64,000 bases of DNA from Opitutales bacterium (lineage in GTDB: Bacteria > Verrucomicrobiota > Verrucomicrobiia > Opitutales > UBA2987), in NCBI GenBank assembly GCA_965226885.1, contig CBDDEL010000015.1, positions 544,001 to 608,000 of the forward strand. Reading direction: 5' to 3'. The position numbers and the translations under genes are program-made. Shown here one piece after another: positions 21,179 through 30,849 of the stretch; positions within the stretch are counted from its first letter, which is position 1; the number at the start of each line of letters is the position of its first letter. The notes beneath the pieces are model-generated. The model was not told the origin of the DNA. It saw only the letters and a list, made by a program, of their open reading frames with translations, and made no database searches.

Positions 21179-22745
21179 CCCGGATATTTCATGAAGGGTA
21201 AAGTTTGGCTCGTTATTGCTATTGGAGATGGATTTCTTTGTATTTTGAGCAGATCGTCTTGATTTTTAGGTGTTTTTCAGGGTGTAGAGACACTGCCCCC
21301 TTTCCCCCATTGGTTCGGTAGTGCCGGGGGCAGCACCAATGCACCCTTTAGGTTGGCACCAATCGGCGGACCGCATGGTTGAAAAGACTGGCCCAAGGAT
21401 AACTCTCACTTAGGTGAAAGTGAATCGTTCGGGTGTTGCGCACGATGACCGCTCCGATCTTGATTAATTTGAGCCGCAGGGTGTGGCATTGGGCCCGCGC
21501 CCACTTCGTCCCTTTTAAGGCTAACCGGCGCATGGCTTCCATCAAGGTGTAGGCCAGCGCCGACAAGAGCAATCGCCACTGATTGGCCCACCATTGATGG
21601 GCGCTGGTGCGCTCGCTGAACAATTGCATCTGTTCCTTGATTCGGTTCTCCATTTCACCGCGGCCACAGTATACCTTGTCGTAAAGCTCCTGGGGATCGC
21701 CCGGCAGGTTCGTCACCACGAAGCGCGGGTTGGACCCCTGTGCGGTGTGTTCGGCTTTATGGATGACCAACCGCAGCCATCGCCACGAATCGGCAGCATA
21801 GACGAAGTCCTGGAATAACCGTTGTTTTTTACCCCTTAGTTCGAACCATTCTTTGGCCTGCTTTTGCAACTGCTGGGCGTCTTGCTGCAAGCGTGCATTG
21901 CGAGCCATCCCCACGATGTAACTAACTTCGTTGCGGTCGCACCAAGAGAGTATCCGGTCTCGACAAAATCCACTGTCGGCGCGCCAAATAATCCGCGTAC
22001 GGGGCCAGCTTTGGCGAATCCGTTTAACCAGCAATTTGAGGATGGCCCCAGCATGCTTGCTGGCATCGATCTTGCTCGGCCGCAGGTAGGCCACCAGCAG
22101 CTGATCACCGCAAAAAACATATAGCGGCAGAAAACAGTAATGATCATAATAACCGTGGAAAAAACGTCCCTCCTGGAGCCCGTGCACCGGATTGTCGGTG
22201 GCGTCAAAGTCCAGGATGATCTCTTCGGGTTCCTCGGCAAAGGAGCCCATGAACTGTTCGACCAACAGCTCGTTTACTGCAAAGGCCGCCCGCCGATCCT
22301 GCCCGTTTTCAAAACGACACAAAGTCGGCGCGCTGGCCAACGTTTCAATGCGCCCCGTTACCGTTTGCAACAATGGATCGTGGCGCAGGGTATCAAAGTC
22401 GTTCAAATCCTCATAGCCCGCCACCAGCCCGTAAACGCGCTGCCGCAGCATCCCCAATACCTCATGGCGTACTTTGCCCTTCTGCCGTTTGTCCACTAAC
22501 TGTCGGGCCGCTCGTTCGGTCAAGCCCAACTGCCGATCCACTTCCCGGATCAAAAGCAGTCCGGCATCCGAAGTAACCTCTCCGCCCTTGAAATCAACCC
22601 GCACACGGCGGCCTTTTACCCTTGTCAACTGTAGCTTTAATTGTTTACCTTTTGTCATCGCTGATATTGCTTTAATTATTGATCTATCCTGCTGTATATC
22701 AGCAGTTAAGCATATCAACGATACTTTTTTTACGAAATATCCGGG
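21179..22745 (-). mobile_element. IS1380-family element, full copy
   Basis: 1567 bp with both IRs and CTAG flanks. Confidence 0.95.
21348..22718 (-). CDS. IS1380-family transposase
   Basis: Near-identical to 19285-20655. Confidence 0.95.
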   Translation of the reverse strand: MICLTADIQQDRSIIKAISAMTKGKQLKLQLTRVKGRRVRVDFKGGEVTSDAGLLLIREVDRQLGLTERAARQLVDKRQKGKVRHEVLGMLRQRVYGLVAGYEDLNDFDTLRHDPLLQTVTGRIETLASAPTLCRFENGQDRRAAFAVNELLVEQFMGSFAEEPEEIILDFDATDNPVHGLQEGRFFHGYYDHYCFLPLYVFCGDQLLVAYLRPSKIDASKHAGAILKLLVKRIRQSWPRTRIIWRADSGFCRDRILSWCDRNEVSYIVGMARNARLQQDAQQLQKQAKEWFELRGKKQRLFQDFVYAADSWRWLRLVIHKAEHTAQGSNPRFVVTNLPGDPQELYDKVYCGRGEMENRIKEQMQLFSERTSAHQWWANQWRLLLSALAYTLMEAMRRLALKGTKWARAQCHTLRLKLIKIGAVIVRNTRTIHFHLSESYPWASLFNHAVRRLVPT

Positions 22746-23316
22746 CTAGGTGCTTTGATTTTGCTCGTGGTGTTTTCAATTCGCGCGACCGCCTTAGATT
22801 GCTACGAGTCATCGATTGTTAGCCCATCGCCATTCATGGGAAACAACGAAGAGATCTTCAAGCTTGCTGATGGGTCATTGTGGGAAGTGAGGTACGAATA
22901 CGAGTATTTGTATGAGTATTCCCCATCGGTTGTCATTTGTCCAAATCTAGGAAGATTGATTATCGGTGGGAATTCGCTCGACGTGAAATTAGTTGCCGCT
23001 GCTCCGGGTTCCAGCAGTGCAGGCTCAAAACAGACTAAAGGATGGGATATCTTCGAAGAAACAAATATTGAAGGAAGCGTCAGTGGGATGGTAAAGCAGG
23101 GCCGTATATTTAAGACAACGTCTGGAAGTATCTATGAAGTTACCGGGCTAACTTTACAGCTCGTACTGGAACTTCAACCTGAAGTAACAGTTTTGCGAAA
23201 TGGGGATATCTACAAGTTAATCGTTGAAGGATTTGACGAACCGCTGGTCTGCAAATGTCTCAATTGTAGCAAGTCGGCCACATATTCCTCTTCGGCTTCG
23301 TCACAAACAGAAAAAG

Positions 23317-24128
23317 GGTAGTGTATAAAAAAAGAATGTTATTTTGTATTTTTAGCTGTACAAATAGCGTTAGGCAGTTTATTCTTAGTGCATGGTTACT
23401 AAAATTATTAATTGTCGGCACTGTGGAAGTGAAAATATCATTAAATTTGGCAAGACGCCCAACCATAAACAGCGCTACCGCTGCCATGATTGTGGTAAAC
23501 AAAGCCGCGAAAACCCCACAGTGAAATACACCGAAGAGCAAAAAGAAATGATCCTTCGAGTCTATCAGGAACGCAGCAGTCTACGCGGTTTACAGCGCGC
23601 CTTCGGGGTGAGTCCCAACACCGTTTTGAGTTGGTTAAAAAAAACGACAATCGCTGCGACCGCTCAAAAGCACGATTCTGCACGATTCTTGCGGCCCGCC
23701 GCCATGATGTCATTGAACTGGACGAACTGTGGTCTTTTGTGGGGCGCAAGAGCGATGCCCAATGGGTTTGGATCGCTCTTTGCCGACGCACCCGTCAAAT
23801 CCTCTCCTATGCCATTGGGCCTCGGGATTGGTATCGTTGCCGGGAACTTTACGAGCGTCTGCCACGGGCCTACAAAAGATGTGCCACCTACAGCGACTTT
23901 TGGAGCACTTATGATGAAGTCTTTCCTCATAACCGATCCGTGGGAAAAGAAACCGGTGAAACGGCCCATGTGGAACGATGGAACAATACCCTGCGCCAAC
24001 GACTGGGTCGTTTCACACGCAAAACCCTCTCCTTTTCCAAGCTTAAGAGTATGCATGAAACCTGTCTGAGACTTTTCATTCATCAATATAATCAAGAATT
24101 AGCCACCATTCCTACTTAATACACTACC
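23317..24128 (+). mobile_element. IS1-family element, copy 2 (812 bp)
   Basis: TSD AGAAAAAG; a 10-bp duplication GCACGATTCT at 23670-23689 alters the reading frames. Confidence 0.93.
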
Positions 24129-24299
24129 AGAAAAAGTAACAATAAAGGCAGCCCAACCGTCCTCAGGCAAGACCAAAGTCGGCACTGGCAACGGGATTAT
24201 TGAAAGACAGATTGATGGTGATTTTGAAGTCGGGTGCTCGTTACAAAATGATCGTCGACGGTGTCCCGAAAGCCATCGGCGTAACCCGACTCAAGTAAA

Positions 24300-24358
24300 A
24301 CCCAACAAGCCAGATTTACACGATGACACATAGCCACGGATATTCCGCAACGTTAGAT
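24300..24358 (+). other. attC-like integron recombination site 1 (degenerate)
   Basis: R'' ACCCAAC right after the stop codon at 24298; R' GTTAGAT 10 bp before the next ATG; 59 bp; internal symmetry weak. Confidence 0.55.
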
Positions 24359-24368
24359 AATTTAAGCA

Positions 24369-24845
24369 ATGATCGCTTATAAATTTCGGGGTGCGGATCA
24401 GATGCCATACGCCTTCGATATTATATTGAGAGAGCGACTTTTCTGCTCCGATTGGAAGATTCTTAATGACCCAATGGAAGGACATTTTTCGTATAACTGT
24501 ACTCGAAGTACCCGGTATGGTACTCGAAGTACCCGGTATGGAAATCTTCACAAGGGCATGTCCGAATGGACCTACGAAAAGGAAATTCGCATAATACAGA
24601 ACACCGAGTGGTTCGACATTAAGGGTGGAGTGAAACGGGTAATCTGCGAATCACGAATGAAGCCAGCGAAGTTCAATGCCTTGAATATTATCTGCGAAAA
24701 GAGGCAAATACCAACCACTCGAATGTACATTGACAACGAAGGAATCGATTTGATCGGAGAAAGGGATCCTTCGTTTAAATTCGCTAAGGCGTTGGAAAAT
24801 TATAAAGACAACACCCAACCAGGCCCTCCAGGCAATTCCGGCTAG
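24369..24845 (+). CDS. DUF2971-like cassette protein, probably internally deleted
   Basis: YKFR...LNDPMEG and W.YEKE.R motifs; 21-bp tandem duplication at 24499-24540; stop codon lies inside attC 2. Confidence 0.6.
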   Translation: MIAYKFRGADQMPYAFDIILRERLFCSDWKILNDPMEGHFSYNCTRSTRYGTRSTRYGNLHKGMSEWTYEKEIRIIQNTEWFDIKGGVKRVICESRMKPAKFNALNIICEKRQIPTTRMYIDNEGIDLIGERDPSFKFAKALENYKDNTQPGPPGNSG

Positions 24846-24876
24846 CACCTACATTACCTGAGCTTGAGCGTTATGC
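24813..24876 (+). other. attC integron recombination site 2
   Basis: R'' ACCCAAC, R' GTTATGC; L boxes CTCCAGG/CCTGAG pair with one extrahelical base; inner stem GGCAAT/ATTACC; 64 bp. Confidence 0.75.
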
Positions 24877-25069
24877 AGATGCGCGCTAAATGCAGATGCG
24901 CGCTAAAGTTAACAAGTGAAACTAATCAGTCAATACGGTAGTGATATGCCTTGCAGTAGAATGGAAAACAACTTATGCAACTAAAAGCGCGTTTAATAGG
25001 ATTGGATAAATTCTTGAGCCAGCGAATATACACTCATATATATCACCGGCGTCACAAAGATCAAGCTAA

Positions 25070-26463
25070 CCCGGATATTTCGTAAAAAAAGTATCGTTGA
25101 TATGCTTAACTGCTGATATACAGCAGGATAGATCAATAATTAAAGCAATATCAGCGATGACAAAAGGTAAACAATTAAAGCTACAGTTGACAAGGGTAAA
25201 AGGCCGCCGTGTGCGGGTTGATTTCAAGGGCGGAGAGGTTACTTCGGATGCCGGACTGCTTTTGATCCGGGAAGTGGATCGGCAGTTGGGCTTGACCGAA
25301 CGAGCGGCCCGACAGTTAGTGGACAAACGGCAGAAGGGCAAAGTACGCCATGAGTGGGGATGCTGCGGCAGCGCGTTTACGGGCTGGTGGCGGGCTATGA
25401 GGATTTGAACGACTTTGATACCCTGCGCCACGAGCCATTGTTGCAAACGGTAACGGGGCGCATTGAAACGTTGGCCAGCGCGCCGACTTTGTGTCGTTTT
25501 GAAAACGGGCAGGATCGGCGGGCGGCCTTTGCGGTAAACGAGCTGTTGGTCGAACAGTTCATGGGCTCCTTTGCCGAGGAACCCGAAGAGATCATCCTGG
25601 ACTTTGACGCCACCGACAATCCGGTGCACGGGCTCCAGGAGGGACGTTTTTTCCACGGTTATTATGATCATTACTGTTTTCTGCCGCTATATGTTTTTTG
25701 CGGTGATCAGCTGCTGGTGGCCTACCTGCGGCCGAGCAAGATCGATGCCAGCAAGCATGCCGGGGCCATCCTCAAATTGCTGGTTAAACGGATTCGCCAA
25801 AGCTGGCCCCGTACGCGGATTATTTGGCGCGCCGACAGTGGATTTTGTCGAGACCGGATACTCTCTTGGTGCGACCGCTACGAAGTTAGTTACATCGTGG
25901 GGATGGCTCGCAATGCACGCTTGCAGCAAGACGCCCAGCAGTTGCAAAAGCAGGCCAAAGAATGGTTCGAACTAAGGGGTAAAAAACAACGGTTATTCCA
26001 GGACTTCGTCTATGCTGCCGATTCGTGGCGATGGCTGCGGTTGGTCATCCATAAAGCCGAACACACCGCACAGGGGTCCAACCCGCGCTTCGTGGTGACG
26101 AACCTGCCGGGCGATCCCCAGGAGCTTTACGACAAGGTATACTGTGGCCGCGGTGAAATGGAGAACCGAATCAAGGAACAGATGCAATTGTTCAGCGAGC
26201 GCACCAGCGCCCATCAATGGTGGGCCAATCAGTGGCGATTGCTCTTGTCGGCGCTGGCCTACACCTTGATGGAAGCCATGCGCCGGTTAGCCTTAAAAGG
26301 GACGAAGTGGGCGCGGGCCCAATGCCACACCCTGCGGCTCAAATTAATCAAGATCGGAGCGGTCATCGTGCGCAACACCCGAACGATTCACTTTCACCTA
26401 AGTGAGAGTTATCCTTGGGCCAGTCTTTTCAACCATGCGGCCCGCCGATTGGTGCCAACCTAA
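25070..26463 (+). mobile_element. IS1380 copy with frameshifted transposase (25097-26463); its right end is displaced to 28276-28450
   Basis: Left IR follows CTAA; 4-bp deletion near 25354; interrupted at the CTAA of its own stop codon. Confidence 0.9.
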
Positions 26464-28030
26464 CCCGGATATTTCGTAAAAAAAGTATCGTTGATATGCT
26501 TAACTGCTGATATACAGCAGGATAGATCAATAATTAAAGCAATATCAGCGATGACAAAAGGTAAACAATTAAAGCTACAGTTGACAAGGGTAAAAGGCCG
26601 CCGTGTGCGGGTTGATTTCAAGGGCGGAGAGGTTACTTCGGATGCCGGACTGCTTTTGATCCGGGAAGTGGATCGGCAGTTGGGCTTGACCGAACGAGCG
26701 GCCCGACAGTTAGTGGACAAACGGCAGAAGGGCAAAGTACGCCATGAGGTATTGGGGATGCTGCGGCAGCGCGTTTACGGGCTGGTGGCGGGCTATGAGG
26801 ATTTGAACGACTTTGATACCCTGCGCCACGATCCATTGTTGCAAACGGTAACGGGGCGCATTGAAACGTTGGCCAGCGCGCCGACTTTGTGTCGTTTTGA
26901 AAACGGGCAGGATCGGCGGGCGGCCTTTGCAGTAAACGAGCTGTTGGTCGAACAGTTCATGGGCTCCTTTGCCGAGGAACCCGAAGAGATCATCCTGGAC
27001 TTTGACGCCACCGACACTCCGGTGCACGGGCTCCAGGAGGGACGTTTTTTCCACGGTTATTATGATCATTACTGTTTTCTGCCGCTATATGTTTTTTGCG
27101 GTGATCAGCTGCTGGTGGCCTACCTGCGGCCGAGCAAGATCGATGCCAGCAAGCATGCCGGGGCCATCCTCAAATTGCTGGTTAAACGGATTCGCCAAAG
27201 CTGGCCCCGTACGCGGATTATTTGGCGCGCCGACAGTGGATTTTGTCGAGACCGGATACCCTCTTGGTGCGACCGCAACGAAGTTAGTTACATCGTGGGG
27301 ATGGCTCGCAATGCACGCTTGCAGCAAGACGCCCAGCAGTTGCAAAAGCAGGCCAAAGAATGGTTCGAACTAAGGGGCAAAAAACAACGGTTATTCCAGG
27401 ACTTCGTCTATGCTGCCGATTCGTGGCGATGGCTGCGGTTGGTCATCCATAAAGCCGAACACACCGCACAGGGGTCCAACCCGCGCTTCGTGGTGACGAA
27501 CCTGCCGGGCGATCCCCAGGAGCTTTACGACAAGGTATACTGTGGCCGCGGTGAAATGGAGAACCGAATCAAGGAACAGATGCAATTGTTCAGCGAGCGC
27601 ACCAGCGCCCATCAATGGTGGGCCAATCAGTGGCGATTGCTCTTGTCGGCGCTGGCCTACACCTTGATGGAAGCCATGCGCCGGTTAGCCTTAAAAGGGA
27701 CGAAGTGGGCGCGGGCCCAATGCCACACCCTGCGGCTCAAATTAATCAAGATCGGAGCGGTCATCGTGCGCAACACCCGAACGATTCACTTTCACCTAAG
27801 TGAGAGTTATCCTTGGGCCAGTCTTTTCAACCATGCGGCCCGCCGATTGGTGCCAACCTAAAGGGTGCATTGGTGCTGCCCCCGGCACTACCGAACCAAT
27901 GGGGGAAAGGGGGCAGTGTCTCTACACCCTGAAAAACACCTAAAAATCAAGACGATCTGCTCAAAATACAAAGAAATCCATCTCCAATAGCAATAACGAG
28001 CCAAACCTTACCCTTCATGAAATATCCGGG
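26464..28030 (+). mobile_element. IS1380-family element, full nested copy
   Basis: 1567 bp with CTAA on both sides. Confidence 0.95.
26491..27861 (+). CDS. IS1380-family transposase
   Basis: Near-identical to the other copies. Confidence 0.95.
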   Translation: MICLTADIQQDRSIIKAISAMTKGKQLKLQLTRVKGRRVRVDFKGGEVTSDAGLLLIREVDRQLGLTERAARQLVDKRQKGKVRHEVLGMLRQRVYGLVAGYEDLNDFDTLRHDPLLQTVTGRIETLASAPTLCRFENGQDRRAAFAVNELLVEQFMGSFAEEPEEIILDFDATDTPVHGLQEGRFFHGYYDHYCFLPLYVFCGDQLLVAYLRPSKIDASKHAGAILKLLVKRIRQSWPRTRIIWRADSGFCRDRIPSWCDRNEVSYIVGMARNARLQQDAQQLQKQAKEWFELRGKKQRLFQDFVYAADSWRWLRLVIHKAEHTAQGSNPRFVVTNLPGDPQELYDKVYCGRGEMENRIKEQMQLFSERTSAHQWWANQWRLLLSALAYTLMEAMRRLALKGTKWARAQCHTLRLKLIKIGAVIVRNTRTIHFHLSESYPWASLFNHAARRLVPT

Positions 28031-28450
28031 CTAAGTGAGAGTTATCCTTGGGCCAGTCTTTTCAACCATGCGGCCCGCCGATTGGTGCCAACCTAAAGGG
28101 TGCATTGGTGCTGCCCCCGGCACTACCGAACCAATGGGGGAAAGGGGGCAGTGTCTCTGCACCCTGAAAAACACCTAAAAATCAAGACGATCTGCTCAAA
28201 ATACAAAGAAATCCATCTCCATCTCCAATAGCAATAACGAGCCAAACTTTACCCTTCATGAAATATCCGGGCTAAAGGGTGCATTGGTGCTGCCCCCGGC
28301 ACTACCGAACCAATGGGGGAAAGGGGGCAGTGTCTCTACACCCTGAAAAACACCTAAAAATCAAGACGATCTGCTCAAAATACAAAGAAATCCATCTCCA
28401 TCTCCAATAGCAATAACGAGCCAAACTTTACCCTTCATGAAATATCCGGG
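28031..28450 (+). mobile_element. Two tandem IS1380 right-end fragments (28031-28271 and 28272-28450)
   Basis: Each begins at an internal CTAA and ends in GAAATATCCGGG; both carry the CCATCT duplication. Confidence 0.9.
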
Positions 28451-28848
28451 CTAAGAAGCCGAGCGCGAATTGTGCAAGGCCGCCAGGTGGATGGAGGGAA
28501 TTAGCCCATTTGCCCAGAGTTTGGAGAAATGTACAGATGCTCTGCTGGTGGACCGCGGAGGGATTTCAACGCACCGAAAGAAGCTTTCGGTTAATCCGCG
28601 GATACCGAATTCTCAGTAAATTAAAAGACGCTCTTCAAAAGCATTTGAATGAATCCCCTCTTTAAAAGTGCTGCCTGACCACCGTGGGGGACCTCCCAAT
28701 TTCAACAAAAAATGGGACAAACCCATTCAACCAGTTAAAATATGACAATGAATTACTGGACGCAATGCGGGTGTAACCAGGGTGTAACCAATTGGAGAGG
28801 CTTGTTGATCAAAAAATTATAAATTACACAACATGTTGATATTCAACA

Positions 28849-28933
28849 TGGTGCCCGAGGGGGGACTCGAACCCCCACGCCTTTCGGCACCAGATCCTAA
28901 ATCTGGCGTGTCTGCCAATTCCACCACCCGGGC
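28849..28933 (-). tRNA. tRNA-Leu(TAG)
   Basis: GCCCGGG...CTCGGGC-ACCA acceptor, CCAGA-TTTAGGA-TCTGG anticodon arm, long variable arm; 85 nt. Confidence 0.97.
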
Positions 28934-29189
28934 TTTGGCTTCATTCCATAGTGTATCAAGGATGGAAATAAATTTTACAAATAGGGGGTTTTTGTGGTTT
29001 TTTTTAGCAGCTTAGTCAAGGGAAAGCCAAAACGGGTCCGGTCTATAGGGGTTGTGGCAATTGTTATGAAAAAAATGCGTATTTACTTTTTTTATGAGTT
29101 TTTAAAGAAAATGGCCAAGCCCGATTCCTTTCATTCCTCTTTTTTGCATTTACTCCGGCCTTTTCATGGCTTCCATTGTCTTTATGAAA

Positions 29190-30572
29190 ATGAAAAGAAC
29201 TATGGTTAAGGAGGCCCTTGGGCGAGATTCACCCATGGATTCGATTCTGGTCAAGGGTTGGGTGCGGACGCGGCGCGATTCGAAGGCTTTTTCTTTTGTC
29301 GAGGTCAATGACGGTTCCTGCCTGAAGAATATCCAGATCATTGTCGATGCGGCGCTGCCCATTTATGAAAAGATCGAAAGTGTCACAACGGGCGCCGCCG
29401 TCAGCGTGACCGGCAGGCTGACGGCATCGCAGGGCAAGGGCCAGAGTTGGGAGATTCAGGCTACGGACATGGAGGTATTGGGAACCGCCGATGTCACTTA
29501 TCCGCTACAGAAAAAAGGCCACAGCATGGAATACCTGAGGGAGATCTCCCACCTGCGGCCACGCTCCAACCTCTTCGGGTGCGTTTTCCGGGTGCGCAGC
29601 AGGCTGGCTTTTGCAGTCCATCAATTTTTCCAGAAGAAGGATTTTATTTATGTCCACACACCCATCATTACGGCCAATGATTGCGAGGGCGCAGGCCAGC
29701 TTTTCCGGGTCAGCAGCCTTGATCCGAAAAATCCTCCCCTCGATAATGGGGAAGTCGATTTTTCCAAAGATTTTTTTGCCCGGCCTACTTATCTGACGGT
29801 CAGCGGACAGCTTGAGGCGGAAATCATGGCCACCGCTCTTTCCAATGTTTACACCTTCGGCCCGACTTTTCGGGCGGAGAACTCGAACACCTCCCGCCAC
29901 GCCAGCGAGTTCTGGATGATCGAGCCGGAAATGGCCTTCTGCGATCTCGAAGGCAATATGGATCTGGCCGAAGAATTGGTTAAATACCTCATACGCGATA
30001 TCCTGGGAAATTGCCGGGAGGACCTCTCCCTCTTCGCCCGCTTCGTGGACAAAAGTTTGTTGAACCGGCTTCAATTTGTGGTGGACCGGCCTTTTAAACG
30101 AGTCGCTTACGACCGTGCGATCGAGCTTTTGCAGCAATCGGGCAAGAAATTCGAATATCCGGTGGATTACGGCGCCAACCTGCAATCGGAGCATGAGCGC
30201 TACCTGACGGAAGATCATTTTAAACGCCCGGTCACGGTTTATAATTTCCCCAAAGAGATCAAGCCCTTCTACATGAGAGCCAACAACGACGGCAAAACGG
30301 TTGCCGCGATGGACCTTCTGGTGCCGAATATAGGAGAAATCGTGGGCGGCAGCCAACGCGAGGAACGGCTCGATGTTTTAGCGCAAAGCCTGCAAAAGCA
30401 CGGGCTCGACGCGAAAGAATACTGGTGGTACCTCGAATTGCGCCAATACGGCACTGTCGAGCACAGCGGATTCGGCCTCGGTTTCGAGCGGATGCTCATG
30501 TTTGTCACCGGCATGGCCAATATCCGCGATGTCATTCCCTTTGCCCGAACCCCCGGAAATGCCGGGTTCTAG
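29190..30572 (+). CDS. asnS: Asparagine--tRNA ligase
   Basis: GWVRT.R, YLTVSGQL, FRAENSNT.RH..EFWMIEPE, GGSQREER and GFGLGFER motifs. Start may be 29166, 29184 or 29190. Confidence 0.97.
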   Translation: MKRTMVKEALGRDSPMDSILVKGWVRTRRDSKAFSFVEVNDGSCLKNIQIIVDAALPIYEKIESVTTGAAVSVTGRLTASQGKGQSWEIQATDMEVLGTADVTYPLQKKGHSMEYLREISHLRPRSNLFGCVFRVRSRLAFAVHQFFQKKDFIYVHTPIITANDCEGAGQLFRVSSLDPKNPPLDNGEVDFSKDFFARPTYLTVSGQLEAEIMATALSNVYTFGPTFRAENSNTSRHASEFWMIEPEMAFCDLEGNMDLAEELVKYLIRDILGNCREDLSLFARFVDKSLLNRLQFVVDRPFKRVAYDRAIELLQQSGKKFEYPVDYGANLQSEHERYLTEDHFKRPVTVYNFPKEIKPFYMRANNDGKTVAAMDLLVPNIGEIVGGSQREERLDVLAQSLQKHGLDAKEYWWYLELRQYGTVEHSGFGLGFERMLMFVTGMANIRDVIPFARTPGNAGF

Positions 30573-30849
30573 GCCGGGATCTATTCGGTCCGGGAAAAAG
30601 GCTTTTATAGTGGAACCGGCGGAGGGGGTGGCGGGTCTTTCTCACCAATCAGGCCGCATTTATATGCAACCTATGATGGCCAACAGGTGTTATTAATATA
30701 TTGTCCTAAATTATTAATATATTGTCCTAAAGTGTCCAATTGGATTAAAAAGTGTAGAAAATCGGAAGGTGAAGAATTCCCGATCCGGTGGGTTTTGGCC
30801 AATATCCTAGTTTTAATATCAAAAAGAGTGTGCAACCTGGCATCAAACT

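Larger units (their letters stand above)
19088..24298 (+). pseudogene. Secreted hypothetical protein (integron cassette gene) split by an IS1380 stack and an IS1
   Basis: Removing the IS1380 block at CTAG (19112/22746) and the IS1 at AGAAAAAG restores MRNKLLLYLGALILLVVFSIRATALDCY...SQTEKVTIKAAQ...IIERQIDGDFE. The C-terminus YKMIVDGVPKAIGVTRLK* is in another frame. Confidence 0.8.

Noticed and set aside
27862..28450. Three repeated ~170-240 bp units resembling an array
   Set aside because: They are IS1380 right ends from nested insertion. There are no unique spacers or cas genes, so this is not CRISPR.
28574..28590. Hairpin CCGAAAG-AAG-CTTTCGG as a terminator
   Set aside because: No U-tract and no clear upstream gene.
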